A DNA stretch of 64,000 nucleotides from Chitinophaga pinensis (GTDB lineage: Bacteria; Bacteroidota; Bacteroidia; UKL13-3), in NCBI GenBank assembly GCA_945870425.1, contig CAMBSD010000006.1, positions 69,735 through 133,734 of the forward strand, written 5' to 3'. The translations under genes were made by a program, and so were the position numbers. Below, piece after piece: positions 18,350 to 27,229 of the stretch. A model generated the notes under the pieces. That model made no database searches, had not been told where the DNA came from, and saw nothing but the letters and a program-made list of their open reading frames with translations. The stretch's first letter is position 1. Each line of letters opens with the position of its first letter.

Positions 18350-19462
18350 CTATTGCAAATTAAATTTTGAGAAAATTTGTTCCATCGATATAAACTCGCC
18401 TATTATTTGATCCCCATCCTTCACCTTCTGAATGCCCTCAAATACAAATTTGTCTTTGGTGGTAAGACTATTTTCTATCACATAAAAATGTGGTAAACGT
18501 TGCTTTATTAAAATATTTTTAGCTTTTACCTTATTGTTTTCATCTACTACATACACATAATATTTATCCTGTATTTCAAAGGTTGACTTTTGAGGAATAA
18601 TCATAGCTTTATTAAGTTCATTAGTCAGTTGTACTATGCCGCTTGATCCGTGTCTGAGAAGGAGATTTGGGTTTGCAAACTTGGCTCTAAAGGCTATATT
18701 ACCGGTATTTTTATCAAACTCTCCATCGATGGTTTCAATCGTACCTTTGTATTGGTGAGGTTGATTGTTGGCCAACAATAAGTTGATTTTATTTTTTTCG
18801 ATAGAAGCTTTTTGCGATCTGATATTCAAATATTCTTTCTCTGAAACATTAAAATAGGCAAATACCTCCTTATTATTCGATAAAGTAGTTAGCAGTGACC
18901 CTTCATCAATCATACTGCCTTTTTTGAAAGGGATTCGATCAATAATGCCATCAAAAGGGGCTTTGATTTCTGCATAGGATAGATGAAGTTTGGCAACTTG
19001 TTCTTCAGCTTTTGCTTCTTCAATTTTTGCTTTCGCAACATCTAACAGGGCCTTGGCTTTATCTAATTCAGTTTTAGAAACAATATTTTTAGCGAAAAGT
19101 ATCTGAACATTTTGCACTTCTAATTCGTCAACTTTTAGTTCAGCAATACCTGATTTTATTTTAGATTGGGCTCTGAGTAATTCTAGTTGAAAAGCCTCTT
19201 TGTTGATGCTAAACAAAAGTTGACCAGCCTTTACAGATGTGCCTTCATCCACATAAATATTTTCAAGATGGCCCTTTACTTTTGCTCGTATCTCGACATT
19301 TTGCAAGGATTGAATTTCAGCAACATATTCACTTGTATAATTGGTATCAATCATAACTGGACTAGTGATAGGTAATTTTTCTACTTCGGTTTGATTTTTT
19401 TTATTTGATGTGCAAGCCTCAAAGGCTATTGCTAAGATTAATAGTAATACTATTCTGTTCAT
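18350..19462 (-). CDS. RND efflux periplasmic adaptor (membrane fusion protein)
   Basis: The start is placed at MNRIVLLLILAIAFEAC, a lipobox signal. Coiled-coil and beta-barrel regions are typical of HlyD/AcrA. The gene abuts the AcrB-like gene. Confidence 0.75.
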   Translation of the reverse strand: MNRIVLLLILAIAFEACTSNKKNQTEVEKLPITSPVMIDTNYTSEYVAEIQSLQNVEIRAKVKGHLENIYVDEGTSVKAGQLLFSINKEAFQLELLRAQSKIKSGIAELKVDELEVQNVQILFAKNIVSKTELDKAKALLDVAKAKIEEAKAEEQVAKLHLSYAEIKAPFDGIIDRIPFKKGSMIDEGSLLTTLSNNKEVFAYFNVSEKEYLNIRSQKASIEKNKINLLLANNQPHQYKGTIETIDGEFDKNTGNIAFRAKFANPNLLLRHGSSGIVQLTNELNKAMIIPQKSTFEIQDKYYVYVVDENNKVKAKNILIKQRLPHFYVIENSLTTKDKFVFEGIQKVKDGDQIIGEFISMEQIFSKFNLQ

Positions 19463-19568
19463 AGGTTTATTGAAATTGAAAAAATGAAAATAGGCTTGTC
19501 GTTGAAAACAAAGCAAATCCAATTCAATTTCTTGAATGGATTAAATTAGAAATACGAAATTGGTGGAA

Positions 19569-19967
19569 TTATGACTTGGGTGGTGGGGGCACAATATTGG
19601 GGTGAAATTGCGAACGATATTTATCATCATATTCGGTTGAGGCAACTATGTATAGCCCATTGCCATAAAAAATATCGTGTTCAACTTTTTTTTGATGGAA
19701 AAAAACAATTTCTTCTTCAAGGTCGCAACCATTGCCTTCCTCCGCACCATTTTCTTCATTTTCTGCAATTGGGCCATGTAAGTCAAGAATCTTTTCAATC
19801 ACCATCTTTGCAATATCTGCCATGTTATTATAGCTCAGATCTTCTTGAATATTATCGGATTGATTATCAGGTGTGTATAAACTACAATTAAAGATGTGCA
19901 AGGCTAATACAAACCAAAGTAGGCGGGAAATTATATGGTTTCTAATGGCTTGCATAATGCGGGACAA
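19569..19967 (-). CDS. hypothetical protein with an N-terminal hydrophobic anchor
   Basis: 132-aa ORF upstream of the efflux operon. The opposite-strand ORF 19571..19891 is the alternative reading, so the call is weak. Confidence 0.3.
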   Translation of the reverse strand: MSRIMQAIRNHIISRLLWFVLALHIFNCSLYTPDNQSDNIQEDLSYNNMADIAKMVIEKILDLHGPIAENEENGAEEGNGCDLEEEIVFFHQKKVEHDIFYGNGLYIVASTEYDDKYRSQFHPNIVPPPPKS

Positions 19968-20101
19968 AAATATACGAAAATTTTAGGTTTAATAATGATG
20001 CGGTAGGAGATTTGGTCATGAAAGTGTTATTTTTTCTAAATTATATTTGTGATAAGTTTTAGCTATCCCCGTTCTTTTGGGTTTGTTATAGCGCAATTTT
20101 T

Positions 20102-20118
20102 ATGTTAGCGCAGCGCAT
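20102..20118. repeat. left copy of a 17-bp inverted repeat (ATGTTAGCGCAGCGCAT) bracketing the RAYT-2 locus
   Basis: The exact reverse complement occurs at 21045-21061, about 940 bp away. Confidence 0.55.
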
Positions 20119-20210
20119 CCCGAACCAAAGATAAAAATGGATATTTATCCAATTTTATAATCTTAGTTTTGAAATATAATTGTGTTTTTACTTTGCTTAA
20201 TTCTGTCCTC

Positions 20211-20283
20211 GGTTGGTATCCTTACCAACCGAATTTTGACCTATTTTCATAAATTTGTCCAAGGTTGGTGTCCTCACCAATCC
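20211..20283. repeat. two tandem REP hairpins, GGTTGGTGT family (GGTTGGTATCCTTACCAACC and GGTTGGTGTCCTCACCAATCC)
   Basis: 8-bp stems with TCCT loops, lying 17 bp upstream of RAYT-2. Confidence 0.65.
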
Positions 20284-20299
20284 TTCCTACATTTGACTA

Positions 20300-20806
20300 A
20301 TGTACTTTTTTACTGCAACCATAAATAATTGGCAAAACTTGTTAAGCAATAACGATGTAAAAAAAATCATTACTGATTCTCTATCTTGGCTTTCTAAAGA
20401 AAACAAAGCTTATATACATGGTTTTGTAATCATGCTAAATCATATTCATTTGTTGTGGACTATTAATAATCAGAATCAAGTAAATGAAATAGAAAATACT
20501 TTGCTCAAGTATACCGGACATGAATTCAAAAAACACCTCGTATCAAAAAACAGTGAATTGTTGGAAAACTACATTTCAACCCAAAACGACAGGGCTTATC
20601 ATTTTTTGGAAAGAAGAGCAAGAACAATTGAAATTAAAAGTAAAGAAATTGCCATTCAAAAACTGAATTATATTCATAACAACCCTATTCAAGAAAAATG
20701 GAAGCTAGTATCTTTGCCAGAAGAATATCAATTTTCATCGGCTAAATATTATGTTTGTTTAGATTCAGAGTTTGACTTTGTTGTTCACTTTAATGATTTT
20801 ATTTGA
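20300..20806 (+). CDS. REP-associated tyrosine transposase 2 (RAYT; IS200-like HuH)
   Basis: 168 aa with an HuH motif (LNHIHLLW) and a YIHNNP Tyr motif region. It is a distinct paralogue of the protein at 10588 and is flanked by inverted REP copies. Confidence 0.68.
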   Translation: MYFFTATINNWQNLLSNNDVKKIITDSLSWLSKENKAYIHGFVIMLNHIHLLWTINNQNQVNEIENTLLKYTGHEFKKHLVSKNSELLENYISTQNDRAYHFLERRARTIEIKSKEIAIQKLNYIHNNPIQEKWKLVSLPEEYQFSSAKYYVCLDSEFDFVVHFNDFI

Positions 20807-20815
20807 AATAAGAAA

Positions 20816-20845
20816 GTGGATTAGTGTGGACACCAACCAAGGACA
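20816..20845. repeat. inverted REP copy (TGGATTAGTGTGGACACCAACCAAGG) downstream of RAYT-2
   Basis: Its reverse complement matches the upstream CCAAGGTTGGTGTCC. Confidence 0.6.
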
Positions 20846-21038
20846 TAAATATAATGTTTAGTTAAAAATTCAGTACTTTATTTTTTGGATATGAAGTTCC
20901 TGCAACTTTGTATGGATATTTATCCAAAAAGATAATCATATTTCTATAATAAAATGGTGTGTTTTTAGTTGTTTGATAGAATGAGCAAATTGCTTGAATA
21001 TTGAAATAATGGCGGATTTAAATCCATGCTATCTGAAA

Positions 21039-21066
21039 TTCGACATGCGCTGCGCTAACATGTCGA
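21039..21066. repeat. hairpin ATTCGACATG-CGCTGCGCTAA-CATGTCGAAT that contains the right copy of the 17-bp inverted repeat
   Basis: 9-bp perfect stem. Its 11-nt loop differs by one base from the loop of the GTAG-family hairpins at 11175 and 13641. Confidence 0.55.
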
Positions 21067-21067
21067 A

Positions 21068-21112
21068 TAGCTGAGTTTGACTTTATTGTTCACTTTAATG
21101 ATTTTATTTGAA
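21068..21112 (+). pseudogene. duplicated 3'-terminal fragment of RAYT-2 (encodes ..SEFDFIVHFNDFI*)
   Basis: About 90% nucleotide identity to 20768-20812. It is followed by another REP copy. Confidence 0.55.
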
Positions 21113-21120
21113 ACAAGAAA

Positions 21121-21150
21121 GTGGATTGGTGAGGACACCAACCACGGACA
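21121..21150. repeat. inverted full REP copy (GTGGATTGGTGAGGACACCAACCACGG)
   Basis: Its reverse complement matches the hairpin at 20259-20283. Confidence 0.6.
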
Positions 21151-21238
21151 TAAATTCTTATGAACAGCATCATCCCCAAACTTGAAATAATATAGTTTTC
21201 ATAAAATCAATTTCAGCCTTAGATTTGTTTCATAAATT

Positions 21239-22318
21239 ATGACGATGACATCCGAATTGATATTGAAGGCTTTATCTACGGTTCAAGAACCCGATTTGCA
21301 CAAAGACTTAGTAACTCTCAATATGATTAAAGATATTGAGATAGAAGGCAATCATGTGAAGTTTCAGGTGGTATTAACCACCCCAGCTTGCCCACTTAAA
21401 GAGAAAATAGAAAAAGATTGTATTGAGGCTATTCATACCTTGGTATCGGCTGATGCCATCGTTACAGTGGAGATGACGGCTAATGTAAACAGCAATCGCC
21501 AAGATAAATTGATATTGCCAGGTGTAAAAAACATGATAGCTGTGGCCAGTGGAAAAGGGGGTGTAGGTAAATCTACCTTGGCTAGTAATTTGGCTATGGC
21601 CTTGTCATTACAAGGTGCTAAAGTGGGTTTGTTGGATGCGGATATTTATGGCCCTTCTATTCCAACTATGTTTGGGATAAATGAAACACCCTTGATGAGG
21701 AATGTGGATGGCAAAGAATTGATGGTACCTATCGAAAAGCATGGCATTAAGTTATTGTCTATTGGCTTTTTAATTGAACCTGGTCAGGCCGTGGTATGGC
21801 GTGGACCTATGGTATCATCGGCATTGCGTCAGTTTGTTAATGATGTAGATTGGGGTGAATTGGATTATTTGATTTTAGACCTTCCTCCAGGAACAGGCGA
21901 TATACACCTAACCATGATTCAGATTGTGCCTATCACAGGTGTGGTAATGGTTACTACCCCACAAGAAGTGGCCTTGGCTGATGCCTATAAAGGTGCTTCC
22001 ATGTTTGGTTTAGGTGCACAAAAAATTCCAATCTTAGGTGTGGTTGAAAACATGTCATATTTTACCCCTGAAGAATTGCCAGATAATAAATATTACCTAT
22101 TTGGTAGAGACGGAGGCAAGCGCATGGCCGAAAGTTTGAATGTGCCTTTCTTGGGTGAAGTGCCAATCTATATGTCTATCCGTGAGGGTGGAGATAGCGG
22201 TGTGCCAGCGGTGATGCTTGAAAATTCAGTGGCACAAAAAACATATTTTGAATTAGCGCAAAGTGTGGCCAGACAAGTAGCCATGCTGAATGCAGCAAAA
22301 AATGTAGCCGAAGCTTAA
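21239..22318 (+). CDS. apbC: Mrp/ApbC (NBP35) family Fe-S cluster carrier ATPase
   Basis: 359 aa with a Walker A motif (GKGGVGKST), a CPLK N-terminal domain and the length typical of the family. Confidence 0.85.
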   Translation: MTMTSELILKALSTVQEPDLHKDLVTLNMIKDIEIEGNHVKFQVVLTTPACPLKEKIEKDCIEAIHTLVSADAIVTVEMTANVNSNRQDKLILPGVKNMIAVASGKGGVGKSTLASNLAMALSLQGAKVGLLDADIYGPSIPTMFGINETPLMRNVDGKELMVPIEKHGIKLLSIGFLIEPGQAVVWRGPMVSSALRQFVNDVDWGELDYLILDLPPGTGDIHLTMIQIVPITGVVMVTTPQEVALADAYKGASMFGLGAQKIPILGVVENMSYFTPEELPDNKYYLFGRDGGKRMAESLNVPFLGEVPIYMSIREGGDSGVPAVMLENSVAQKTYFELAQSVARQVAMLNAAKNVAEA

Positions 22319-22332
22319 ATATTTTTATATAT

Positions 22333-22581
22333 TTGATAGTGAAAATGAATACCGAACTAAACGAAAAAATCGAAATAGCACTAAATGGCATGAGACCCTT
22401 TCTGCAAGCAGATGGGGGAGATGTGGAGTTGGTTGAAGTAACCGCTGACATGGAAGTAAGATTGCGTTTAAAAGGCAGTTGCAGCAGTTGCGATATCAGT
22501 CATATTACCTTGAAAGCGGGTATTGAAAATGGTATCAAAAATGCTGTTCCGCAAGTGCGCAATGTGGTAGCTGTGGATTAG
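22333..22581 (+). CDS. NifU-like Fe-S cluster assembly domain protein
   Basis: 82 aa with a CSSC motif. It lies adjacent to mrp. Confidence 0.65.
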   Translation: MIVKMNTELNEKIEIALNGMRPFLQADGGDVELVEVTADMEVRLRLKGSCSSCDISHITLKAGIENGIKNAVPQVRNVVAVD

Positions 22582-22607
22582 GAACCTATAATTATATATT
22601 TATCTGC

Positions 22608-25600
22608 ATGAAAGATAACATACTTTTCATACTGTTTTTCTTTTTTGGCTATAGTGCCCAACCTCAAATTCTTAAGATAACTCCTACCAATCCAACTTCG
22701 GATGATTCAGTAACCATTGTCTTTGATGCAAGAGAAGGTAACAAGGGCATCATTAATTTCAATGGCCAAGTGTATATTCATTGTGGTTTGATTACTACTC
22801 AAAGTGGCAATGGCAGCGATTGGAAAAATGTAGCAACTAAATGGGCCAAGGATGATACCCTTGCTCTTATGAACAGAATAGATAGTAATAGGTATTGGAT
22901 TGGTTTTAATATTCGCAAGTTCTTTAATGTTTTACCTACACAACAAGTACTCAGGCTTGCCATGCTCTTTCGCAATGTGGATGGAAGCAAAGTAGGTCGC
23001 TCTTCTTCTAACAATGATATTTTTTATGATATCAATATTCTTACGCCAGGCAATTATGTATCGCATAGCATCGGCCCTGATGGCCTATCCATAAAAGCAA
23101 GTAATGGTGATTTGCAAATACAAAAATATGTTTCTGATATTATTAAAGTGTCTTTTATTCCAACTGGAATTGCATCTAGAGATAGTAATATCTTATTAGA
23201 TAATAATAGCACATCTGCCTTTGCATCAGTAGATGACTATTTAAGCTATTTACTTCTTAAAACAACTTCTGGAACTACCCTTAAAATACAAAAATATCCT
23301 TTACGCATAAGTTATTTAGATAAAGGATTAACGACTAAATTTACCGAACGAACAGGCATCTATTACCAATATGGAAAATGGGGTGTTTCGTTTGATGTGA
23401 GTGGCACTGAAGCCTTTTATGGCACAGGCTCTCGAGCTATTGATTTAAATCTAAGAGGCAAATCATTTAGTACATATAACCAAGCCAATTATGGCTATAG
23501 TTTTGGCACACAAACACTCAATATCAATGTGCCTTTTGTACTTTCGAGTAATTTGTATGGCTTGTTTTTTAATAATTTTAGTGCAGGTAATTTTAACATA
23601 GCCAATACAGATAGCACATTGCTTCAATACGCATGTGATACCTTGCCATTAAGTTATTTCATCTTTGGAGGAAATTCAATGGGAAGCATCATTAACAAAT
23701 ATACCAATCTCACCGGAAGGCAGCCTTTGCCGCCACGTTGGGCATTGGGTTATATCCAATCCAAATATGGTTACCAAAATGAAACGGAAGCTAGAAGCAT
23801 TGTATCTCAATTGCAGACTGCCAATTTTCCTTTGGACGGACTTGTTTTAGATTTGTATTGGTTTGGCTCTGCTTCAAAAATGGGCAACTTAGATTGGGAT
23901 AGAAGCAAGTGGACGAATCCTGTTAAAATGATGAGTGATTTCAGGCAATCAGGCGTTAAAACCATTTTGATTACTGAACCTTATTTTACCACACAAAGTT
24001 CAAACTATGCTGCAGCAAATTCTCTTAATCATTTTGCCAAAAACAAAAGCAACCAATCTTATGTGATGAATGATTTTTGGGCAGGCTCTGCCTCATTGCT
24101 CAACATATACAAATCCGATGCCCAAGATTGGATGTGGCAATTTTACAAGTCACGTATGGACGAAGGAGTAGATGGTTGGTGGAGCGATTTGGGTGAGCCA
24201 GAAAAACATCCTGATGACATGATGCATACCAATGGAAAAGCCCGTTTGGTGCATAACCTATATAGTTTTTATTGGGCAGATTTACTCAAAAGAAAATTTG
24301 ATAGTATTTATCCCAATAAGCGTTTGTTTAACCTCATTCGTTCTGGGTTTGCAGGTAGTCAAAGGTTTGGTGCTATTCCTTGGAGTGGCGATATACAAAG
24401 AAGTTGGGATGGTTTAAAAGCACAAGTGCCTTTGATGTTAAATAGTAGCATGAGTGGTTTGGCCTATATGCACAGCGATGCTGGAGGCTTTACTGGAGGT
24501 GGACAGAATGAAGAATTGTATGTGCGTTGGTTACAATTTGCTGTTTTTACTCCCATCATGCGAGCCCATGGAGAAGGTGTTCCTTCCGAGCCAGTTTTTT
24601 ATTCAAGCAATGCACAAGCCATCATCCGAAATTTTGTCAATCTTCGATATTCGCTTTTACCTTATAACTATTCTTTGGCTTATAGCAATAATATGGAGGG
24701 TAAACCACTAGCAAGGTCAATGAGTTATTTTGAACCTCAAAACGCGCTAACTTATAACCTTTCAGACCAATATTATTGGGGTGATAATATCCTTGTTGCT
24801 CCGGTATTGCAGTCGGGTCTTAACAGCAGGAGTGTATATTTGCCTGCTGGTGAGTGGTACGATTATTTCAACAAAACATGGGTTGATGGAGGGCAAACTA
24901 TCAACAGAAATGTAAGTTTAAATGATATTCCATTATACATGAGAGGAGGGTCTATCATTCCCATGCAAAACCCAAGAATGAGTACTGATTTTATGAGCAC
25001 TGATACCTTGAATTTTGTATATTATTATTCTGAGAAGTTGTCATCGTTTGAAGGTTTGGTCAATGGAAAAACAAGGGTATATGAGGATAATGGATATGAT
25101 ACCAAGCCACAGATGGGACTCATTGATGTGTATAGTGCTGGAAATGCTTCAGTGGCTAAAAAAATAGATATCCAAATCACAACAGACTCTGCTGATTTAT
25201 ACTTTACAAAGCCACTTAAGTTTATAGAATTTAAAGTCCAACGAGTAAATAAGAACTACCGAAATGTGGTATTAATAAAACCGAATGGAAGCCTATTATG
25301 CCATTTGAAAAGAGTGTTTAGCATGAATGATTATCTTTCAACTGATTCTTCTTTTTATTATGATGGCAATGCCAACTTACTATTGCATTTTAATTGGTAT
25401 CCTAAAATAGCACTTACTATTTCTATTAATGATGATTCAACTTCAAGCACCAGTAACTTGAATAAAGTTCCTGATTTTGCTATTGAAAAAGTGTATCCAA
25501 ATCCAGCCAAAGAAAAATTGAATATTGATTTGCAAATAATTGAAAATGCAAATTATAAGATGGAATTGTTTAACATGAAAGGGTTGATGGTTTGCGATGC

Positions 25601-25730
25601 TGAATACTTGTTATCAAAGGGATTTCAATCACATGAATTTATTTTGCCAAATGGATTGAATAAAGGAATTTATCTTTTCAAAATCACTTCTGATAATACT
25701 GTTTTTGTAAAGAAAGTGATAATCGAATAA
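22608..25730 (+). CDS. glycoside hydrolase family 31 (alpha-glucosidase/alpha-xylosidase-like) with a T9SS type A C-terminal sorting domain
   Basis: Has a nucleophile-region motif (DGWWSDLGEPE) and an acid/base region (HSDAGGFTGG..RWLQFAVFTPIMRAHGE) typical of GH31. The C-terminus (YPNPAKEKLNIDL...IYLFKITSDNTVFVKKVIIE) matches the Por secretion tail. Confidence 0.75.
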   Translation: MKDNILFILFFFFGYSAQPQILKITPTNPTSDDSVTIVFDAREGNKGIINFNGQVYIHCGLITTQSGNGSDWKNVATKWAKDDTLALMNRIDSNRYWIGFNIRKFFNVLPTQQVLRLAMLFRNVDGSKVGRSSSNNDIFYDINILTPGNYVSHSIGPDGLSIKASNGDLQIQKYVSDIIKVSFIPTGIASRDSNILLDNNSTSAFASVDDYLSYLLLKTTSGTTLKIQKYPLRISYLDKGLTTKFTERTGIYYQYGKWGVSFDVSGTEAFYGTGSRAIDLNLRGKSFSTYNQANYGYSFGTQTLNINVPFVLSSNLYGLFFNNFSAGNFNIANTDSTLLQYACDTLPLSYFIFGGNSMGSIINKYTNLTGRQPLPPRWALGYIQSKYGYQNETEARSIVSQLQTANFPLDGLVLDLYWFGSASKMGNLDWDRSKWTNPVKMMSDFRQSGVKTILITEPYFTTQSSNYAAANSLNHFAKNKSNQSYVMNDFWAGSASLLNIYKSDAQDWMWQFYKSRMDEGVDGWWSDLGEPEKHPDDMMHTNGKARLVHNLYSFYWADLLKRKFDSIYPNKRLFNLIRSGFAGSQRFGAIPWSGDIQRSWDGLKAQVPLMLNSSMSGLAYMHSDAGGFTGGGQNEELYVRWLQFAVFTPIMRAHGEGVPSEPVFYSSNAQAIIRNFVNLRYSLLPYNYSLAYSNNMEGKPLARSMSYFEPQNALTYNLSDQYYWGDNILVAPVLQSGLNSRSVYLPAGEWYDYFNKTWVDGGQTINRNVSLNDIPLYMRGGSIIPMQNPRMSTDFMSTDTLNFVYYYSEKLSSFEGLVNGKTRVYEDNGYDTKPQMGLIDVYSAGNASVAKKIDIQITTDSADLYFTKPLKFIEFKVQRVNKNYRNVVLIKPNGSLLCHLKRVFSMNDYLSTDSSFYYDGNANLLLHFNWYPKIALTISINDDSTSSTSNLNKVPDFAIEKVYPNPAKEKLNIDLQIIENANYKMELFNMKGLMVCDAEYLLSKGFQSHEFILPNGLNKGIYLFKITSDNTVFVKKVIIE

Positions 25731-25732
25731 AC

Positions 25733-27229
25733 TTAAGGCTCAATATTCTCTATGCTTATTTCTTCATCTCCTTTTTGGTAAGGTACGTAGGTCATGATGA
25801 GTTGAAACATTTCATCGGTAGTTTTCATGCTACCATTTCTTTCCATAATAACTTGTGGCGGACTGAAAGGGTTGTTAGGGTTATTGGAAGTATTGTCATA
25901 TAACCCTTCTACATATATAGTGCTTCCTCTAGGAATATGTAACATGGTTTTAGGTTGGTAAAAATATTGCCATCTAAAGTCCCAATTATTAATTCTTACT
26001 AATCTGATGGTATCACCACTAGGTTTAATGGCATAAGCCCAAAATTTCTTGCCTATTAAGTGCATATGTGGCACAATCGTGAGCACAGAAATGTCTTCTG
26101 GTATGTCGGCTTTGATATGAAAAGATTTTACTGTTTCAGGTTGAACTACCAATTTGGGTTCAACGGGTGCTATACCCAATGTACCCATTTGAAATTCTTG
26201 CACAGGTCGTTTAGGTGGGGTAGGAGAGAAATATATCTTGAAATAAGAAGAATCAATATCATCTTTTGGACTAGGTCCAAAGTGCATATCATTTAGGTAT
26301 AGTGCGCCTTTCTTGCTCAGTTTGTAACCTCCAATTTCTTTAGGATAAAAGCTAAATTGAGAGCCTGGTAAATAGTTACATACACTTGGAGACATAGCTG
26401 GGTAAGTACCATCATCATGCAAAATACCCAGTTCTTTATGAATGGTTTGGCTATTGCTTTGGTCTTGGTTTACCCAATTTTTTCCTTCAATTACATTTCT
26501 TTTTTTACGATCTTCAAACTGAATTAAATGCACATTCACATGGTGTACCAATCGTTTGTTTCCAGCTACATATTCAATGGCCCTAACAAAAGTATCTTTT
26601 GGTAATTCGTAAGGAAGTTTACATACCAAAAACATGTCCATATTGTTACCAGTCACCTTTATCTTTTCAGGAAAGCGAATGATTATATCTGCCTTACCCA
26701 ATCGCAATTCCCTCTTTAAAATTTCTGGCCTCTCTAGTTTTGAAGTATCGCCTGCTATTGCGCCCTGTTCCACCCATGTTTTAATGGTTTCTATTTGCTC
26801 ATTGCTTAACACCATTTCATTCGCAAAATGGGTGTAGGATGCATCAGCAGGCCATGGTGGCATAATTCTATTTTCAGTGATATAAGCAATGAGTTTGGCT
26901 TTGCTTTTTACATCCTGGTAAGTAAGCAAGTTGAACGGTCCAGCTTCCCCATCTATATGACATTTGCTACAATTTTTATGAATGATTGGGGCAATATCAT
27001 CTGCATAATTGATGGGCTTCTTTTTATCTGAGCAAGAGTAAAATGTTTGACATAATATAAGTACACAACCGATTAGTTGAAAAGCATTTTTATTGTATTT
27101 GTATACATCGTCAGCGTTATTACGAGCGCAGCGAAGTAATCTTAATGGAGAGATTACTTCACATTCTGTTCGCAATGACGTAAAGCCATTTTTTATAGCT
27201 TTATAAAAATACTTTACTCTATATAACAT
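25733..27229 (-). CDS. haem-c (CxxCH) domain fused to a copper type-II monooxygenase-like (PHM/DBH-like) domain
   Basis: A CSKCH..PPWPA cytochrome-c-like motif is followed by HHVNVH and HMH...M clusters that resemble CuH/CuM sites. The N-terminus is uncertain because the first ~40 codons overlap a long hairpin. Confidence 0.45.
   Translation of the reverse strand: MLYRVKYFYKAIKNGFTSLRTECEVISPLRLLRCARNNADDVYKYNKNAFQLIGCVLILCQTFYSCSDKKKPINYADDIAPIIHKNCSKCHIDGEAGPFNLLTYQDVKSKAKLIAYITENRIMPPWPADASYTHFANEMVLSNEQIETIKTWVEQGAIAGDTSKLERPEILKRELRLGKADIIIRFPEKIKVTGNNMDMFLVCKLPYELPKDTFVRAIEYVAGNKRLVHHVNVHLIQFEDRKKRNVIEGKNWVNQDQSNSQTIHKELGILHDDGTYPAMSPSVCNYLPGSQFSFYPKEIGGYKLSKKGALYLNDMHFGPSPKDDIDSSYFKIYFSPTPPKRPVQEFQMGTLGIAPVEPKLVVQPETVKSFHIKADIPEDISVLTIVPHMHLIGKKFWAYAIKPSGDTIRLVRINNWDFRWQYFYQPKTMLHIPRGSTIYVEGLYDNTSNNPNNPFSPPQVIMERNGSMKTTDEMFQLIMTYVPYQKGDEEISIENIEP
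27109..27180. repeat. long imperfect hairpin (core GAAGTAATC-TTAATGGAGA-GATTACTTC; outer arms CGTCA..TGACG)
   Basis: Perfect 9-bp core stem directly downstream of the thioredoxin-like gene stop. It may act as a terminator or structured element and argues against the annotated 5' end of the 25733..27229 ORF. Confidence 0.45.

Noticed and set aside
19571-19891. Plus-strand 106-aa ORF opposite the 19569..19967 hypothetical
   Set aside because: It is His/Cys/Gln-rich and not protein-like. The minus-strand reading has an N-terminal hydrophobic segment. Neither call is strong.
7645-21150. A CRISPR array interpretation of the recurring palindromes
   Set aside because: The copies are dispersed and partly inverted. 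They are not regularly spaced direct repeats with unique spacers, and no cas genes are present. They fit REP elements.
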